DNA of 64,000 nucleotides from Candidatus Omnitrophota bacterium. Lineage in GTDB: Bacteria > Omnitrophota > Gorgyraeia > 2-01-FULL-45-10. The position numbers and the translations under genes are program-made. This document shows positions 38,761 through 47,903 of this stretch, piece by piece; the first letter of the stretch is position 1; every line of letters starts with the position of its first letter. Location of the stretch: positions 4,627 to 68,626 of the forward strand of contig CAIMPC010000063.1 in the NCBI GenBank assembly GCA_903843285.1, read 5' to 3'. Under the pieces are notes generated by a model, which was given only the letters and a program-made list of their open reading frames with translations, ran no database searches and was not told where the DNA came from.

Positions 38761-39339
38761 CTAAGAAGTCCCCGCTTTCTGCTTATTATACTTATTCATA
38801 GCCATGTTCATGCCATCGGTAATCATGGCCACTACCGCTTCCTCGGATAATGCTATAACATGGGAAACATTGCGCAAAAGCCTTCTCTTAAAAGGACTAA
38901 GCACATAACCCGTTATATCACCCTTATGGACTTCGGTGGCAATCCCGACTTTAAGGCGGGCAAAATCGTCTCTCTTAAGGATGTGCTCTATAGACTGGAG
39001 GCCCTTATGGCCGCCGGGTGAGCCTTGCTTCTTAAGTTTGATCTTACCAAGCTCGAGATTTACATCATCACATACGACTAAGAGATCCTCGACCTCGCAT
39101 GAATGGGTACTAATCAATTCACCTACAGCATGCCCCGAAAGGTTCATGAAAGTCTGGGGAAGGATAAGCGTAACCTCCTCGCCCCCGATTTTACCATGGC
39201 CTGTCAAAGAGAAGTGGCGCCTATCCTTTATCTTTATTTTGTAGTCTTTGGCTAATTTCTCGACTATGGCTAAGCCTATGTTATGCTTAGTTCCCTTATG
39301 TTCAGCCCCTGGATTGCCAAGGCCGATTATAAATTTCAT
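38761..39339 (-). CDS. pth: peptidyl-tRNA hydrolase
   Basis: MKFIIGLGNPGAEHKGTKHNIG begins at the ATG at 39339, which abuts the rplY stop. Confidence 0.85.
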   Translation of the reverse strand: MKFIIGLGNPGAEHKGTKHNIGLAIVEKLAKDYKIKIKDRRHFSLTGHGKIGGEEVTLILPQTFMNLSGHAVGELISTHSCEVEDLLVVCDDVNLELGKIKLKKQGSPGGHKGLQSIEHILKRDDFARLKVGIATEVHKGDITGYVLSPFKRRLLRNVSHVIALSEEAVVAMITDGMNMAMNKYNKQKAGTS

Positions 39340-39340
39340 A

Positions 39341-40060
39341 CTACTCTTTCTTAGCCTCTTTTGCAGGCTCTTTAGAAGCTTCCGATGGAGTAGCGGCTCC
39401 GGCACCAGACTCTTCATCTTCCTTCTTCTTCCTAATCAGCTCGGGCTCCGCAGCACCTTCAAGGGCTACCTCTTCCTTCGGGACTTCTACCTTAGGCGCC
39501 TTAACTATCATTACTATAAGCTCCGGATCACCCAAAAGCTTAACACCTTCCGGCGCAGCGATATCCTTTACGTGCAGTGCCTCTCCAAGCTTTAGATTCG
39601 ACACATCTACGACGATCTTCTCGGGTATATCCGTGGGCAAACACTCGACCTGAATTTCCCACATGATATGTTCCAGGATTCCGTTGTCAACCTTAACGCC
39701 GACAGGTTCGCCTTTGGAAGATATAGGCACGCTTACCTTAAGTGTATCTGTAAGCGATATTTCATTGAAATCGACATGCAGAATACCATCCCTTATCGGC
39801 TCTCTCTGTATCTCTTTGATAAGGACCGTCTTATCCTTAATAGCCTTATCTCCGTCCGATATTTTGAGCGTTATAAGAACGTTCTCGCCCGCCTTCGTAT
39901 GCAAAGCATCAGCAAGTCCGCCAATGGGAACCTGTATATTCATAGCGCCTTCGCCGCCTTTATAGACATTTGCCGGAACTATCCCTTTTGCCCTCAGATC
40001 CTTAGCTACCGTCTTACCTGTTCCGGTACGGACGACGGCTTTCAATATTACTTTTTCCAT
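39341..40060 (-). CDS. rplY: 50S ribosomal protein L25 (Ctc form)
   Basis: 239 aa with an L25 N-terminal domain and a C-terminal K/E/A-rich tail. Confidence 0.85.
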   Translation of the reverse strand: MEKVILKAVVRTGTGKTVAKDLRAKGIVPANVYKGGEGAMNIQVPIGGLADALHTKAGENVLITLKISDGDKAIKDKTVLIKEIQREPIRDGILHVDFNEISLTDTLKVSVPISSKGEPVGVKVDNGILEHIMWEIQVECLPTDIPEKIVVDVSNLKLGEALHVKDIAAPEGVKLLGDPELIVMIVKAPKVEVPKEEVALEGAAEPELIRKKKEDEESGAGAATPSEASKEPAKEAKKE

Positions 40061-40080
40061 ATCACTTCCACTCTCCTTGT

Positions 40081-41022
40081 CTAATCGAACAACACACTGA
40101 TGGATTTTTCATTATGGATCCTCATTATGGCCTCCCCGAGTAGAGGCGCAACCGAGAGGACCTTTATCCGCGGAATCATCTTATCCTTCGGAATCGGTAT
40201 CGTATCTGTTACCACGAGTTCTTTTATCTCGGAATCTTTTAATCTTTCAAGCGCAGGTCCGCATAACACAGGGTGCGTGATACTAGCGTATACCTCAAGC
40301 GCTCCGGCTTTCTTAAGAGCAGCCACCGCCTCGACCAGACTACCGGCTGTGGCAACCATATCGTCGATAATGACGACGTTCTTACCTTCAACATCGCCCA
40401 TTATGTGCATCGCCTCTGCCTGTTTATCATTGATGCGTCTTTTGTCAACTATAGCGAGATCGCACTTCATCTTCTTGGCATACGCGCGGGCAGTCTTTAT
40501 GCCGCCGACATCGGGAGATACTATCACCATATTCTTGTCGAGCTCGAGCTCTTTTATATAATCGGCGAATATCGTGAACGCATAAAGATGGTCGAGCGGT
40601 ATATCAAAAAAGCCCTGTATCTGTCCTGCGTGTAAGTCTATCGTAAGCACCCTATCCGCACCGGCTACCGTCAAAACATTGGCAACGAGCTTTGCAGTTA
40701 TAGGAACTCTGGGTTGATCTTTTCTATCCTGGCGCGCATAACCGAAATATGGCAGAACCGCCGTGATTCTTTGAGCGGAAGCCCTCTTCAGCGCATCGAT
40801 CATTATCAACAGCTCCATCAGATTATCGTTCGAGGGACACGATGTAGACTGTATCACAAATACATCATGGCCCCTGACATTCTCATTTATCTTGGCACGG
40901 ATCTCTCCGTCGGAAAATTTATCGACTGATGCATCCGCAAGCTCAACTTTCAAGTATTTACATATCTTTAACGCAAGCTCTTTATTGGCATTACCGCTGA
41001 ATATCAATAAGCCGTTCTTCAT
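40081..41022 (-). CDS. prs: ribose-phosphate pyrophosphokinase
   Basis: 313 aa with the PRPP-binding motif and the Prs N-terminus. Confidence 0.9.
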   Translation of the reverse strand: MKNGLLIFSGNANKELALKICKYLKVELADASVDKFSDGEIRAKINENVRGHDVFVIQSTSCPSNDNLMELLIMIDALKRASAQRITAVLPYFGYARQDRKDQPRVPITAKLVANVLTVAGADRVLTIDLHAGQIQGFFDIPLDHLYAFTIFADYIKELELDKNMVIVSPDVGGIKTARAYAKKMKCDLAIVDKRRINDKQAEAMHIMGDVEGKNVVIIDDMVATAGSLVEAVAALKKAGALEVYASITHPVLCGPALERLKDSEIKELVVTDTIPIPKDKMIPRIKVLSVAPLLGEAIMRIHNEKSISVLFD

Positions 41023-42293
41023 TTTACGCTCCTTCTCTCTTTCCCCACCCTCTTCTCTAAGATCCTCGCCGGCACACCTACAACTGTCTTCCCGTCCGGA
41101 ACGTCATGCCCCTTAAGTATTACACAACCGGCGCCCACAGTAGAATTTTTTCCAACTACAAGCGGAGCTATCAAAACTGATCCGACACCGATAAAAGCAT
41201 TGTCCCCTATTAAAGTCTTGTTTTTATTCTTACCGTCGTAATTTGCCGTTATTGTTCCGGCACCGATATTTACACGCTTGCCGAGAGTGGCGTCCCCAAG
41301 ATAAGTGTGATGTTTTACTCTGCAACCGTCGCCTATATCCGTTCTGACGAGCTCCACAAAATTACCTATTATAACGCCGGCTCCCACCCTGACGGTGGAT
41401 GTCAACCTGGCGAATGGTCCGATATGGCAGTCGCGCCCTATCTTTACGTCCGGCCCGATAAATGTATTCGGATGAATTATCGTATCCTGACCAATCACTG
41501 CATCCGGATAGATGGTCGTTGTTGCCAGATCCTCTATGGTCACGCCGCTCAACATCACCTCTTCCAATATTCTATTCTTCAAAACCGCCGTAGCCTCTGC
41601 CAGATCCTTACGGGAGTTTATGCCTATCATCTCATTAACATCCTCGACCTCTATCGAGCCGATCGCTTTACCCGCTTTAGATAATATTTCAACCGTATCC
41701 GTAAGGAAAAATTCCTTCTTCTGGCTATCCGGCAGGACCTGGCTGAGCGATGCGAACAGATCTTTAGCGCTGAAACAGTAAGTCCCGACGTTTACTTCGT
41801 CTATAACCTCTTCGTAAAGCTTTGCATGAATATCTTCAACTATCTTGACGATGTTGCCCGATGAGCTTCTGACTATCCTCCCATATCCTGCCGGATTTTT
41901 AAGCTTAGCCGTAGTCAGCGTAAGGCTCGCACCTGACTTCTCATGCTTGAGGATAAGCTCTTCTATGGTCTTACTGTTAACCAGAGGAGTATCGCCGCAG
42001 ATTATGATCACAGCTCCGTCAAATCCGGACAGTAGCTTCTTAGCCGTAGAAACCGCATCTCCGGAGCCAAGCAGTTTCTTCTGAATAACAATCTTTGTGC
42101 CTACCACCTTGCGGAGATCTTCGCTGCCATACCCGGCGACAGTTATGATATCGGTAACACCGGCGGACTTAAGCGAGTCGAGCACGTAAGATATTATCGG
42201 CTTGCCGAATATATTATGCAATACTTTCGGGGTATCCGACTTCATCCTCGTCCCGCGCCCTGCGGCAAGAACTATGGCTTTTATATCTTTCAA
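41019..42293 (-). CDS. glmU: bifunctional UDP-GlcNAc pyrophosphorylase / GlcN-1-P acetyltransferase
   Basis: AIVLAAGRGTRM at the N-terminus and a left-handed beta-helix hexapeptide C-terminus. The start codon appears to be TTG at 42293. Confidence 0.85.
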   Translation of the reverse strand: MKDIKAIVLAAGRGTRMKSDTPKVLHNIFGKPIISYVLDSLKSAGVTDIITVAGYGSEDLRKVVGTKIVIQKKLLGSGDAVSTAKKLLSGFDGAVIIICGDTPLVNSKTIEELILKHEKSGASLTLTTAKLKNPAGYGRIVRSSSGNIVKIVEDIHAKLYEEVIDEVNVGTYCFSAKDLFASLSQVLPDSQKKEFFLTDTVEILSKAGKAIGSIEVEDVNEMIGINSRKDLAEATAVLKNRILEEVMLSGVTIEDLATTTIYPDAVIGQDTIIHPNTFIGPDVKIGRDCHIGPFARLTSTVRVGAGVIIGNFVELVRTDIGDGCRVKHHTYLGDATLGKRVNIGAGTITANYDGKNKNKTLIGDNAFIGVGSVLIAPLVVGKNSTVGAGCVILKGHDVPDGKTVVGVPARILEKRVGKERRSVK

Positions 42294-42324
42294 TGCCTAC
42301 TCCACTGTTATTGATAAGCGAGTC

Positions 42325-42570
42325 CTGCCGCGCATAGCGCTTTTCCTCGCTAATCGCTCGGCGCTTACGAGCTTCGAATCCCTGACTCCGCCGCCTGAGA
42401 TAACTGGCTGCCCAGCTAGGATTCGGCTACTTCTGTTCGCGGAGCTCACCTGCGTAGCCAGCTCGTTCGCTGCCGCGCATAGCGCTTTTCCTCGCTAATC
42501 GCTCGGCGCTTACGAGCTTCGAATCCCTGACTCCGCCGCCTGAGATAACTGGCTGCCCAGCTAGGATTCG
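42325..42570. repeat. perfect tandem direct repeat, 2 x 101 bp with a 145-bp period; the second copy ends inside tRNA-Gln
   Basis: Positions 42325-42425 and 42470-42570 are identical. The last 21 nt of copy B are the 3' end of the tRNA. Copy A carries the same 21 nt as an orphan tRNA 3' fragment, and 44 bp of unique spacer separates the copies. Confidence 0.8.
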
Positions 42571-42623
42571 AACCTAGACAATCAGATCCAAAATCTGATG
42601 TGCTACCATTACACCACCGGGCA
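42550..42623 (-). tRNA. tRNA-Gln (anticodon UUG), CCA encoded
   Basis: The minus-strand sequence TGCCCGGTGGTGTAATGGTAGCACATCAGATTTTGGATCTGATTGTCTAGGTTCGAATCCTAGCTGGGCAGCCA folds as a cloverleaf. The acceptor stem is 7 bp, the anticodon loop is TTTTGGA and the T-loop is TTCGAAT. Confidence 0.85.
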
Positions 42624-42680
42624 ATTTAGTTCTTAGTTCCTAGTTGATATTTCTTAGTGTACGGTAATTACATGCACCGA

Positions 42681-43166
42681 CTAAAGTTCGATATCCTCGT
42701 CGTCCATCATCACATGAGGCTTTGGAGCCTGGGTGCGCAACGGTACATGAGGTGCCGGCTGATGCGAGAGAGCGGGAGAAGGAGACTTCTTCTCTTTATC
42801 GTATGCCTCGAGCACCTTCTTCTGTATATAATCTCTGCACTCCGCAGTTATCGGGTGCGCTATATCCTTATGTTCGGACTCCCTGACTGAGCCATCAGCA
42901 CCCGATGCCGGCGCCTTATGTTCGCTCGGAGGCAGAGAAGATCCGCAATTATTGCAATATTTGCTCCTTGCCGCATTTCTGAAATTGCACTTCGGACACG
43001 GATCTTTCACTTTTCTCGAAGGCATAGCGACAAATAGTCCCTTTGTGCCCTCTATGACTTTTACGTTTCTCACGACAAACATGTTGTCGAGCGTAATCGT
43101 CGCATAAGCCTTCAGCTTCTTGTCCTGCCCCTCTTTCATAAAAATCTTTACTTCCGTGATATCCAT
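42681..43166 (-). CDS. spoVG: SpoVG-family protein with an inserted zinc ribbon and an acidic C-terminal tail
   Basis: The protein starts at the ATG at 43166 with MDITEVKIFMKEG...ATITLDNMFVVRNVKVIEG..GLFVAMPSRK. A CPKC...CNNC ribbon follows, and KDIAHPIT resumes the SpoVG fold. The ORF-track upstream extension is doubtful. Confidence 0.7.
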   Translation of the reverse strand: MDITEVKIFMKEGQDKKLKAYATITLDNMFVVRNVKVIEGTKGLFVAMPSRKVKDPCPKCNFRNAARSKYCNNCGSSLPPSEHKAPASGADGSVRESEHKDIAHPITAECRDYIQKKVLEAYDKEKKSPSPALSHQPAPHVPLRTQAPKPHVMMDDEDIEL

Positions 43167-43206
43167 TGCATGCTCCTCAAATTTGAGAAATACTTTTACC
43201 TCTAAA

Positions 43207-44115
43207 TCACGCTTTAGTTTCAACCAAAAACACCTGCCAACTGGCTCTGACCCGCTCCGGCACGCTGGCGAATAGCCTTTTCTTGGCCTCCATCGCCTCC
43301 CTTCTATTTCTGCACAGACAAAATACGCTTGGTCCGCTGCCTGAAACCATAGCTCCACCATCCGGTGACGAGCCCAAACATCTTATTATCTTTCCAATAA
43401 CCGGTCTTTTTGCTACTACGACAGACTCCAGGTCATTATGAGACAAATTTTTGATCTTATCCCAATTCTTAGAGAGTGGTATCTTATCATCGCCCCGAAT
43501 CTTTGTCAAGCTCTTCAAATCTTTCATATTTGACCGGGAATTGGTCAATTTTGAGGTATCCAGAACCCGATAAACATCCTTTGTAGCTACTTTAAAACCA
43601 GGATATACAAGGAGATGGTGCGCTCTTCCGCTAATATTGAGCTTTTTCAGCCTATCGCCTATGCCTCTTCCTATAGCAAATGGCGTATCATAAACAAAGA
43701 ATGGCACATCCGCGCCCAATTTCGCCCCCAGGCGCATAAGTCTATCCTTAGACGCGTTAAGATTGAACAGCTTATTAATGCCTACCAATACCGCCGCCGC
43801 ATCGGAACTGCCTCCGCCCAATCCCGCCGCAATGGGTATACGCTTTTTAATATGAATTTTAACGCCTTCATCTATCTTATAGGCGTTTAGAATAAGATCG
43901 GCCGCTTTATAAGCTATATTATCCTCAGGCCTTGACGTAACATCTTTATCGCAAGAAACGACTATGCCTTTTGGAATCCTGGATATCTTTATTCGATCAG
44001 AAAGGGATATGCGCTCGAAAATGGTAAAGATATTATGGTAAGAATCTTTGCGTTTATTGAGGATCCTTAAGACCAGGTTAACCTTAGCCGGCGCTGTCAG
44101 TTCAATAGTTGTCAT
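43207..44115 (-). CDS. ispE: 4-diphosphocytidyl-2-C-methyl-D-erythritol kinase
   Basis: The start is the ATG at 44115 (MTTIELTAPAKVNL); GHMP kinase motif PIAAGLGGGSSDAAA. Confidence 0.85.
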   Translation of the reverse strand: MTTIELTAPAKVNLVLRILNKRKDSYHNIFTIFERISLSDRIKISRIPKGIVVSCDKDVTSRPEDNIAYKAADLILNAYKIDEGVKIHIKKRIPIAAGLGGGSSDAAAVLVGINKLFNLNASKDRLMRLGAKLGADVPFFVYDTPFAIGRGIGDRLKKLNISGRAHHLLVYPGFKVATKDVYRVLDTSKLTNSRSNMKDLKSLTKIRGDDKIPLSKNWDKIKNLSHNDLESVVVAKRPVIGKIIRCLGSSPDGGAMVSGSGPSVFCLCRNRREAMEAKKRLFASVPERVRASWQVFLVETKA

Positions 44116-44145
44116 ATCGCCCGAAAATTTTACCTTACATAAGAT

Positions 44146-44205
44146 GGCGGGCACTTGGTGGCCCACCTGAAGCGACTGTCGGAAGGTGGCCACCAAGCAG
44201 CCGCC
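44146..44205 (-). other. long GC-rich imperfect hairpin between the transketolase C-half and ispE
   Basis: GGCGGGCACTTGGTGGCC pairs with GGTGGCCACCAAGCAGCCGCC, with a nested CCACC/GGTGG stem. It is a candidate attenuator or RNA-processing structure. Confidence 0.25.
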
Positions 44206-44226
44206 TGGCCGCTGGGGCCGAAAAAT

Positions 44227-45183
44227 CTATTTGCCCTTCATCGCAATGGCTTCTTTCGCCGCGATCATTATATTCTTCGGAGTGAGTCCGAAATACTCGA
44301 AAAGTTTATCGGGATCTCCTGATACACCGAATCTGTCCTGTATGCCAACCATCTTTATGGGCACCGGCCGTACCTGCGCAACTACCTCGGCAACAGCCGA
44401 ACCCATCCCCCCGAGCACCGTATGTTCCTCCACAGTAACTATCGCGCCTGTCTCGTACGCGGCGCTTATGATTGCATCCCTGTCTATCGGCTTCGGCGTA
44501 TGAAGATTAATGAGTCTCGCGCTGATGCCTTCTTTCCCTAACTCATCACATGCCAGCATCGCCTCGTAAACCATCTGGCCACAGGCTATGATAGTCACGT
44601 CCTTGCCCGCTCTCAGAATATTTGCTTTACCAATCTTAAAAGTATCCTCTTCGCGTGTAATCACCGGAATGGAAGCCCTGCCGAACCTCAGATATACCGG
44701 CCCTCGTACATTCGCGGCCTCTACGGTAGCCCTCTGTGCTTCCAACGCGTCGCAAGGTACCACAACTGTCATATTAGGCAATATTCTCATCAGCGCAATC
44801 TCCTCGAGCGCCTGGTGCGTGGCACCGTCGGGCCCTACGGATATCCCGGCGTGTGTTCCCACTATCTTTACATTCAGCTTCATGTAAGCTATGGAAATTC
44901 TTATCTGGTCCCAGGCCCTGCCGGATGCAAATACACCGAAAGTGCAGGCGAAAGGAATTTTTCCGGTAAGCGCAAGGCCGGCGGCGGTACACAGCATATC
45001 CTGTTCGGCCACTCCCATACCAAAGAAACGCTCGGGATAGTCTTTCTGAAACCACGCGGCCCTGGTCGACTCGGTAAGATCCGCCGAGAGCACAACGACG
45101 TCTTTATTCTCTTTGCCCAATTTCAAAAGCCCTCGTCCAAACCCATCCCTGGTTGGAGCCATCTTCATCTTTTGGTCAGTCAT
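44227..45183 (-). CDS. transketolase, C-terminal (pyrimidine-binding) subunit
   Basis: 318 aa with a pyrimidine-binding domain and a transketolase C-terminal domain. Confidence 0.9.
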   Translation of the reverse strand: MTDQKMKMAPTRDGFGRGLLKLGKENKDVVVLSADLTESTRAAWFQKDYPERFFGMGVAEQDMLCTAAGLALTGKIPFACTFGVFASGRAWDQIRISIAYMKLNVKIVGTHAGISVGPDGATHQALEEIALMRILPNMTVVVPCDALEAQRATVEAANVRGPVYLRFGRASIPVITREEDTFKIGKANILRAGKDVTIIACGQMVYEAMLACDELGKEGISARLINLHTPKPIDRDAIISAAYETGAIVTVEEHTVLGGMGSAVAEVVAQVRPVPIKMVGIQDRFGVSGDPDKLFEYFGLTPKNIMIAAKEAIAMKGK

Positions 45184-45185
45184 TT

Positions 45186-46166
45186 TTAATTAACTATCTC
45201 CTCGAATTTAATTTTATTCATTCTGAGTTTTTCCAGGTCATCTTTGGATACCTTGGCGCTGTTTCCATTTGCCTGGTTAACGACCTCTACATAATCGAAA
45301 GCTTTAAAGCTATACCCATGCACTACATCAGACGCAACTTTCAAAACCTCTTTAATGAGAGCGTCGTAAGGTCGCGAGGAATTGGACTCGTCGTATGATC
45401 GTCTATCCGCCAAAACCTCTATCTTAAAATATTGGCCGAGCGATCCGGAATAGTAAATGCCCTTAACCGACTTTAATAAGAATGCCTCCGTCAGGGTTTT
45501 ATCTTCTCTTAGCTCCATCTTTATGCGTCCGGCGATCTGTTCCGCCAGAAATTCCGGAAGAGTTATATCTTTTATATAAAATCTTCCGCTCCAGTATCCA
45601 ATGTCACCCAGACCCGTCGGCTCGGACCGAAAGAAGTCGTTCATTACCTGGTCCTGCCACTTCGGATCGAGATTCATCTTCTGGAATATCTCTGTTATCG
45701 AGCGCTCCTTTTGAGACTGAGGATTAAGCCTCATATCCACTATCATCCTCTTGCCGAATTCCCCTCTCGATATATCGCCAAGGAATACCCTCTTCACATC
45801 ATCGACATATTTAATAATGATAACCTGGATCTCCGGGATCCTAACGTCGTGTGCTATTATGCAATAAAAATCATAATCAGCGTCGGTAGATAAAACCACG
45901 CGCGTAACACTCATTATAACGTCGTTCAATTTTTCTGTGGCAGAAAGAGTGAGCGCAAATGTAAAATCCATCAGGTTTTCGAGGGGTATATATATCGCCG
46001 CCGTCTTGCCCGCAGTCCTGACTTTTACATCAACCTTATACTCATTCTTACAGAGCCTTATTATAGACTCTTTCAGCTTCTCTTTCGGGTAGGTAGGAGA
46101 GCATCCTGCCGATGACATGGCAAGGCCTGCTATCATGAACCACAGAGCGACAGTTCTGAGCCTCAT
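45186..46166 (-). CDS. lipoprotein of unknown function
   Basis: 326 aa with a signal peptide and lipobox (MSSAGC). Its start overlaps the ftsH-like stop by 4 nt. Confidence 0.5.
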   Translation of the reverse strand: MRLRTVALWFMIAGLAMSSAGCSPTYPKEKLKESIIRLCKNEYKVDVKVRTAGKTAAIYIPLENLMDFTFALTLSATEKLNDVIMSVTRVVLSTDADYDFYCIIAHDVRIPEIQVIIIKYVDDVKRVFLGDISRGEFGKRMIVDMRLNPQSQKERSITEIFQKMNLDPKWQDQVMNDFFRSEPTGLGDIGYWSGRFYIKDITLPEFLAEQIAGRIKMELREDKTLTEAFLLKSVKGIYYSGSLGQYFKIEVLADRRSYDESNSSRPYDALIKEVLKVASDVVHGYSFKAFDYVEVVNQANGNSAKVSKDDLEKLRMNKIKFEEIVN

Positions 46167-47878
46167 GATCCTTTCGACATGCCGAATTTGCCATACTCTT
46201 TAAAGATCGCGTCTATCTCATCGTAGTCGAGCTCCTCTTTCTCCAGAAGCTCCCTTGCAAACCTATCGAGAATCTCGCGCTCTTTGGTGAGTAGCTCCTC
46301 AACCTCTTTCAGGCACTGCTGAATGATCTTACTCGTCTCCTCATTCAATTCTTCTTTAACCTTCTCAGAGATTTGCCCCTCAGGGATTACGGAATAATCT
46401 CCAAGGAAACTCTTATCCGCCATACCGTAGCGCCATACCATATTGTGAGCTATGGACATGGCCTGTTTGAAGTCCATCGCCACGCCGCTCGAGGTTGTGT
46501 CAAACTTAATCTTCTCAGAGACGTACCCTGCCAGGTCCGCTTTAATATCGGCCAGCAGCCTATTCTTATCATGCGTGAATACCTCTTCCCTCGGCTGATG
46601 GTGTACCACTCCCAGGGTTCCCCTTCTCGGTATTATGGATGCCTTAAATACATCATCCGTCGGATGAAGTATGTAGAGCACTACGAGATGCCCGGCTTCG
46701 TGATAAGCGGTCTTCTCGCGTTCGCGCGGAGTAACATTAAGTTTATGCTTCAAACCCAGATCAACCCTTTCCATCGCTTCCGATATATCGTCGAGCGTTA
46801 TGATATCTCGCTTCTCGCGAGTGGCGATGAGCGCGGCTTCTCTAATGATATTCTCAATATCTGCGGGTGATTTATATACGGCCTTTCTCGCCAAGCGCGC
46901 CACATCTATCTTTGGATCGTGCTCTATCTTCCCCAGGTAGTATTCAAAAAGTTTTTCCCTGTCATCCAGTGATGGAAGATCTATATACAGCTTCCTATCG
47001 AATCGGCCGGGGCGTAAAAGCGCTTTATCGAGATTATCCTCCGGCGAGTTCGTCGCTCCGATCACTATAATATTCTGCTCCGACTTCAACTCTCCAGATT
47101 TATCTTCCCTCTCCTGCAACCCATCCATCTCAGCCAGTAACTGGTTCTGGGTAGAGTTTGTCTCTTCGGTGCCTCCGAATGCAGAGAATACCCTCTTCCT
47201 GGCAATAGCATCCAACTCGTCTATAAATATAATGCATCCGCCATTGCCGTAAGCAAGCTGGCGGGCTTTTTTAAACAGTTCCCTGACCCTGGATGCGCCA
47301 ACTCCCACGAAGACCTCGACGAACTCGCTTCCGGACATCGCCAGGAACGGCAGGCCTGTCTCGGTCGCAACAGCCTTTGCCAAATATGTCTTACCGCATC
47401 CCGGGGGCCCTAACATAAGGATTCCGCGTAATATCTTTCCGCCGATCTTCTTCACGCGGGTCCTGTCCTTAATCAGTTCTACTACCTCTCTGGCCTCCGC
47501 TTTAACGTTCTCCATTCCTATCACGTCGGACCATTTAACATTGACCTCTTCACCTTTAATGCTGGACTTCTTGCCGCTCTTCGAGAATCCCCTACCCAGA
47601 ACGGTCGAATAAAAATAGACAAATATGGCCGCATTAACTCCGACCAATAGTATCTGCATCGGCAGCTGCGCCAGCGTAAGCTTCATATAAAATGATTCGA
47701 GCGACATCATCCCCCAGATGGCTAATCTTACAAGCGCATATACGACTAAGATTATCGCGTAATTTGTCCAATTAAACTTAAAGTACATCCTGAACTTGCG
47801 CGAGAAGATAAGTCCAAGCCCCAGAACTGTTATCATCGCCAGATACAATACGAGCTCTATAATTAAAAACATGTTCAT
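46163..47878 (-). CDS. ftsH: FtsH-like AAA+ ATPase / M41 zinc metalloprotease
   Basis: 571 aa with Walker A GPPGCGKT, the second region of homology (SRH), and HEAGHLVV (HExxH). The N-terminus has three TM helices and no periplasmic domain. Confidence 0.8.
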   Translation of the reverse strand: MNMFLIIELVLYLAMITVLGLGLIFSRKFRMYFKFNWTNYAIILVVYALVRLAIWGMMSLESFYMKLTLAQLPMQILLVGVNAAIFVYFYSTVLGRGFSKSGKKSSIKGEEVNVKWSDVIGMENVKAEAREVVELIKDRTRVKKIGGKILRGILMLGPPGCGKTYLAKAVATETGLPFLAMSGSEFVEVFVGVGASRVRELFKKARQLAYGNGGCIIFIDELDAIARKRVFSAFGGTEETNSTQNQLLAEMDGLQEREDKSGELKSEQNIIVIGATNSPEDNLDKALLRPGRFDRKLYIDLPSLDDREKLFEYYLGKIEHDPKIDVARLARKAVYKSPADIENIIREAALIATREKRDIITLDDISEAMERVDLGLKHKLNVTPREREKTAYHEAGHLVVLYILHPTDDVFKASIIPRRGTLGVVHHQPREEVFTHDKNRLLADIKADLAGYVSEKIKFDTTSSGVAMDFKQAMSIAHNMVWRYGMADKSFLGDYSVIPEGQISEKVKEELNEETSKIIQQCLKEVEELLTKEREILDRFARELLEKEELDYDEIDAIFKEYGKFGMSKGS

Positions 47879-47903
47879 AGCTTACCTCCAGAGTGATGTC
47901 GGC

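Noticed and set aside
42426-42549. A second tRNA-like T-arm (GGGATTCGAAGCTCG) inside the repeat tail.
   Set aside because: No acceptor, D or anticodon stems can be drawn around it, so it does not form a cloverleaf. The resemblance to TTCGAAT is probably coincidental.
42325-42570. Possible CRISPR array or integrated genomic island at the tRNA-Gln tandem repeat.
   Set aside because: There are only two copies of a 101-bp unit with a 44-bp spacer. No cas genes, integrase, excisionase or phage genes lie on either side (glmU and spoVG flank it). It is therefore reported as a tandem duplication or att-like scar, not a CRISPR array or island.
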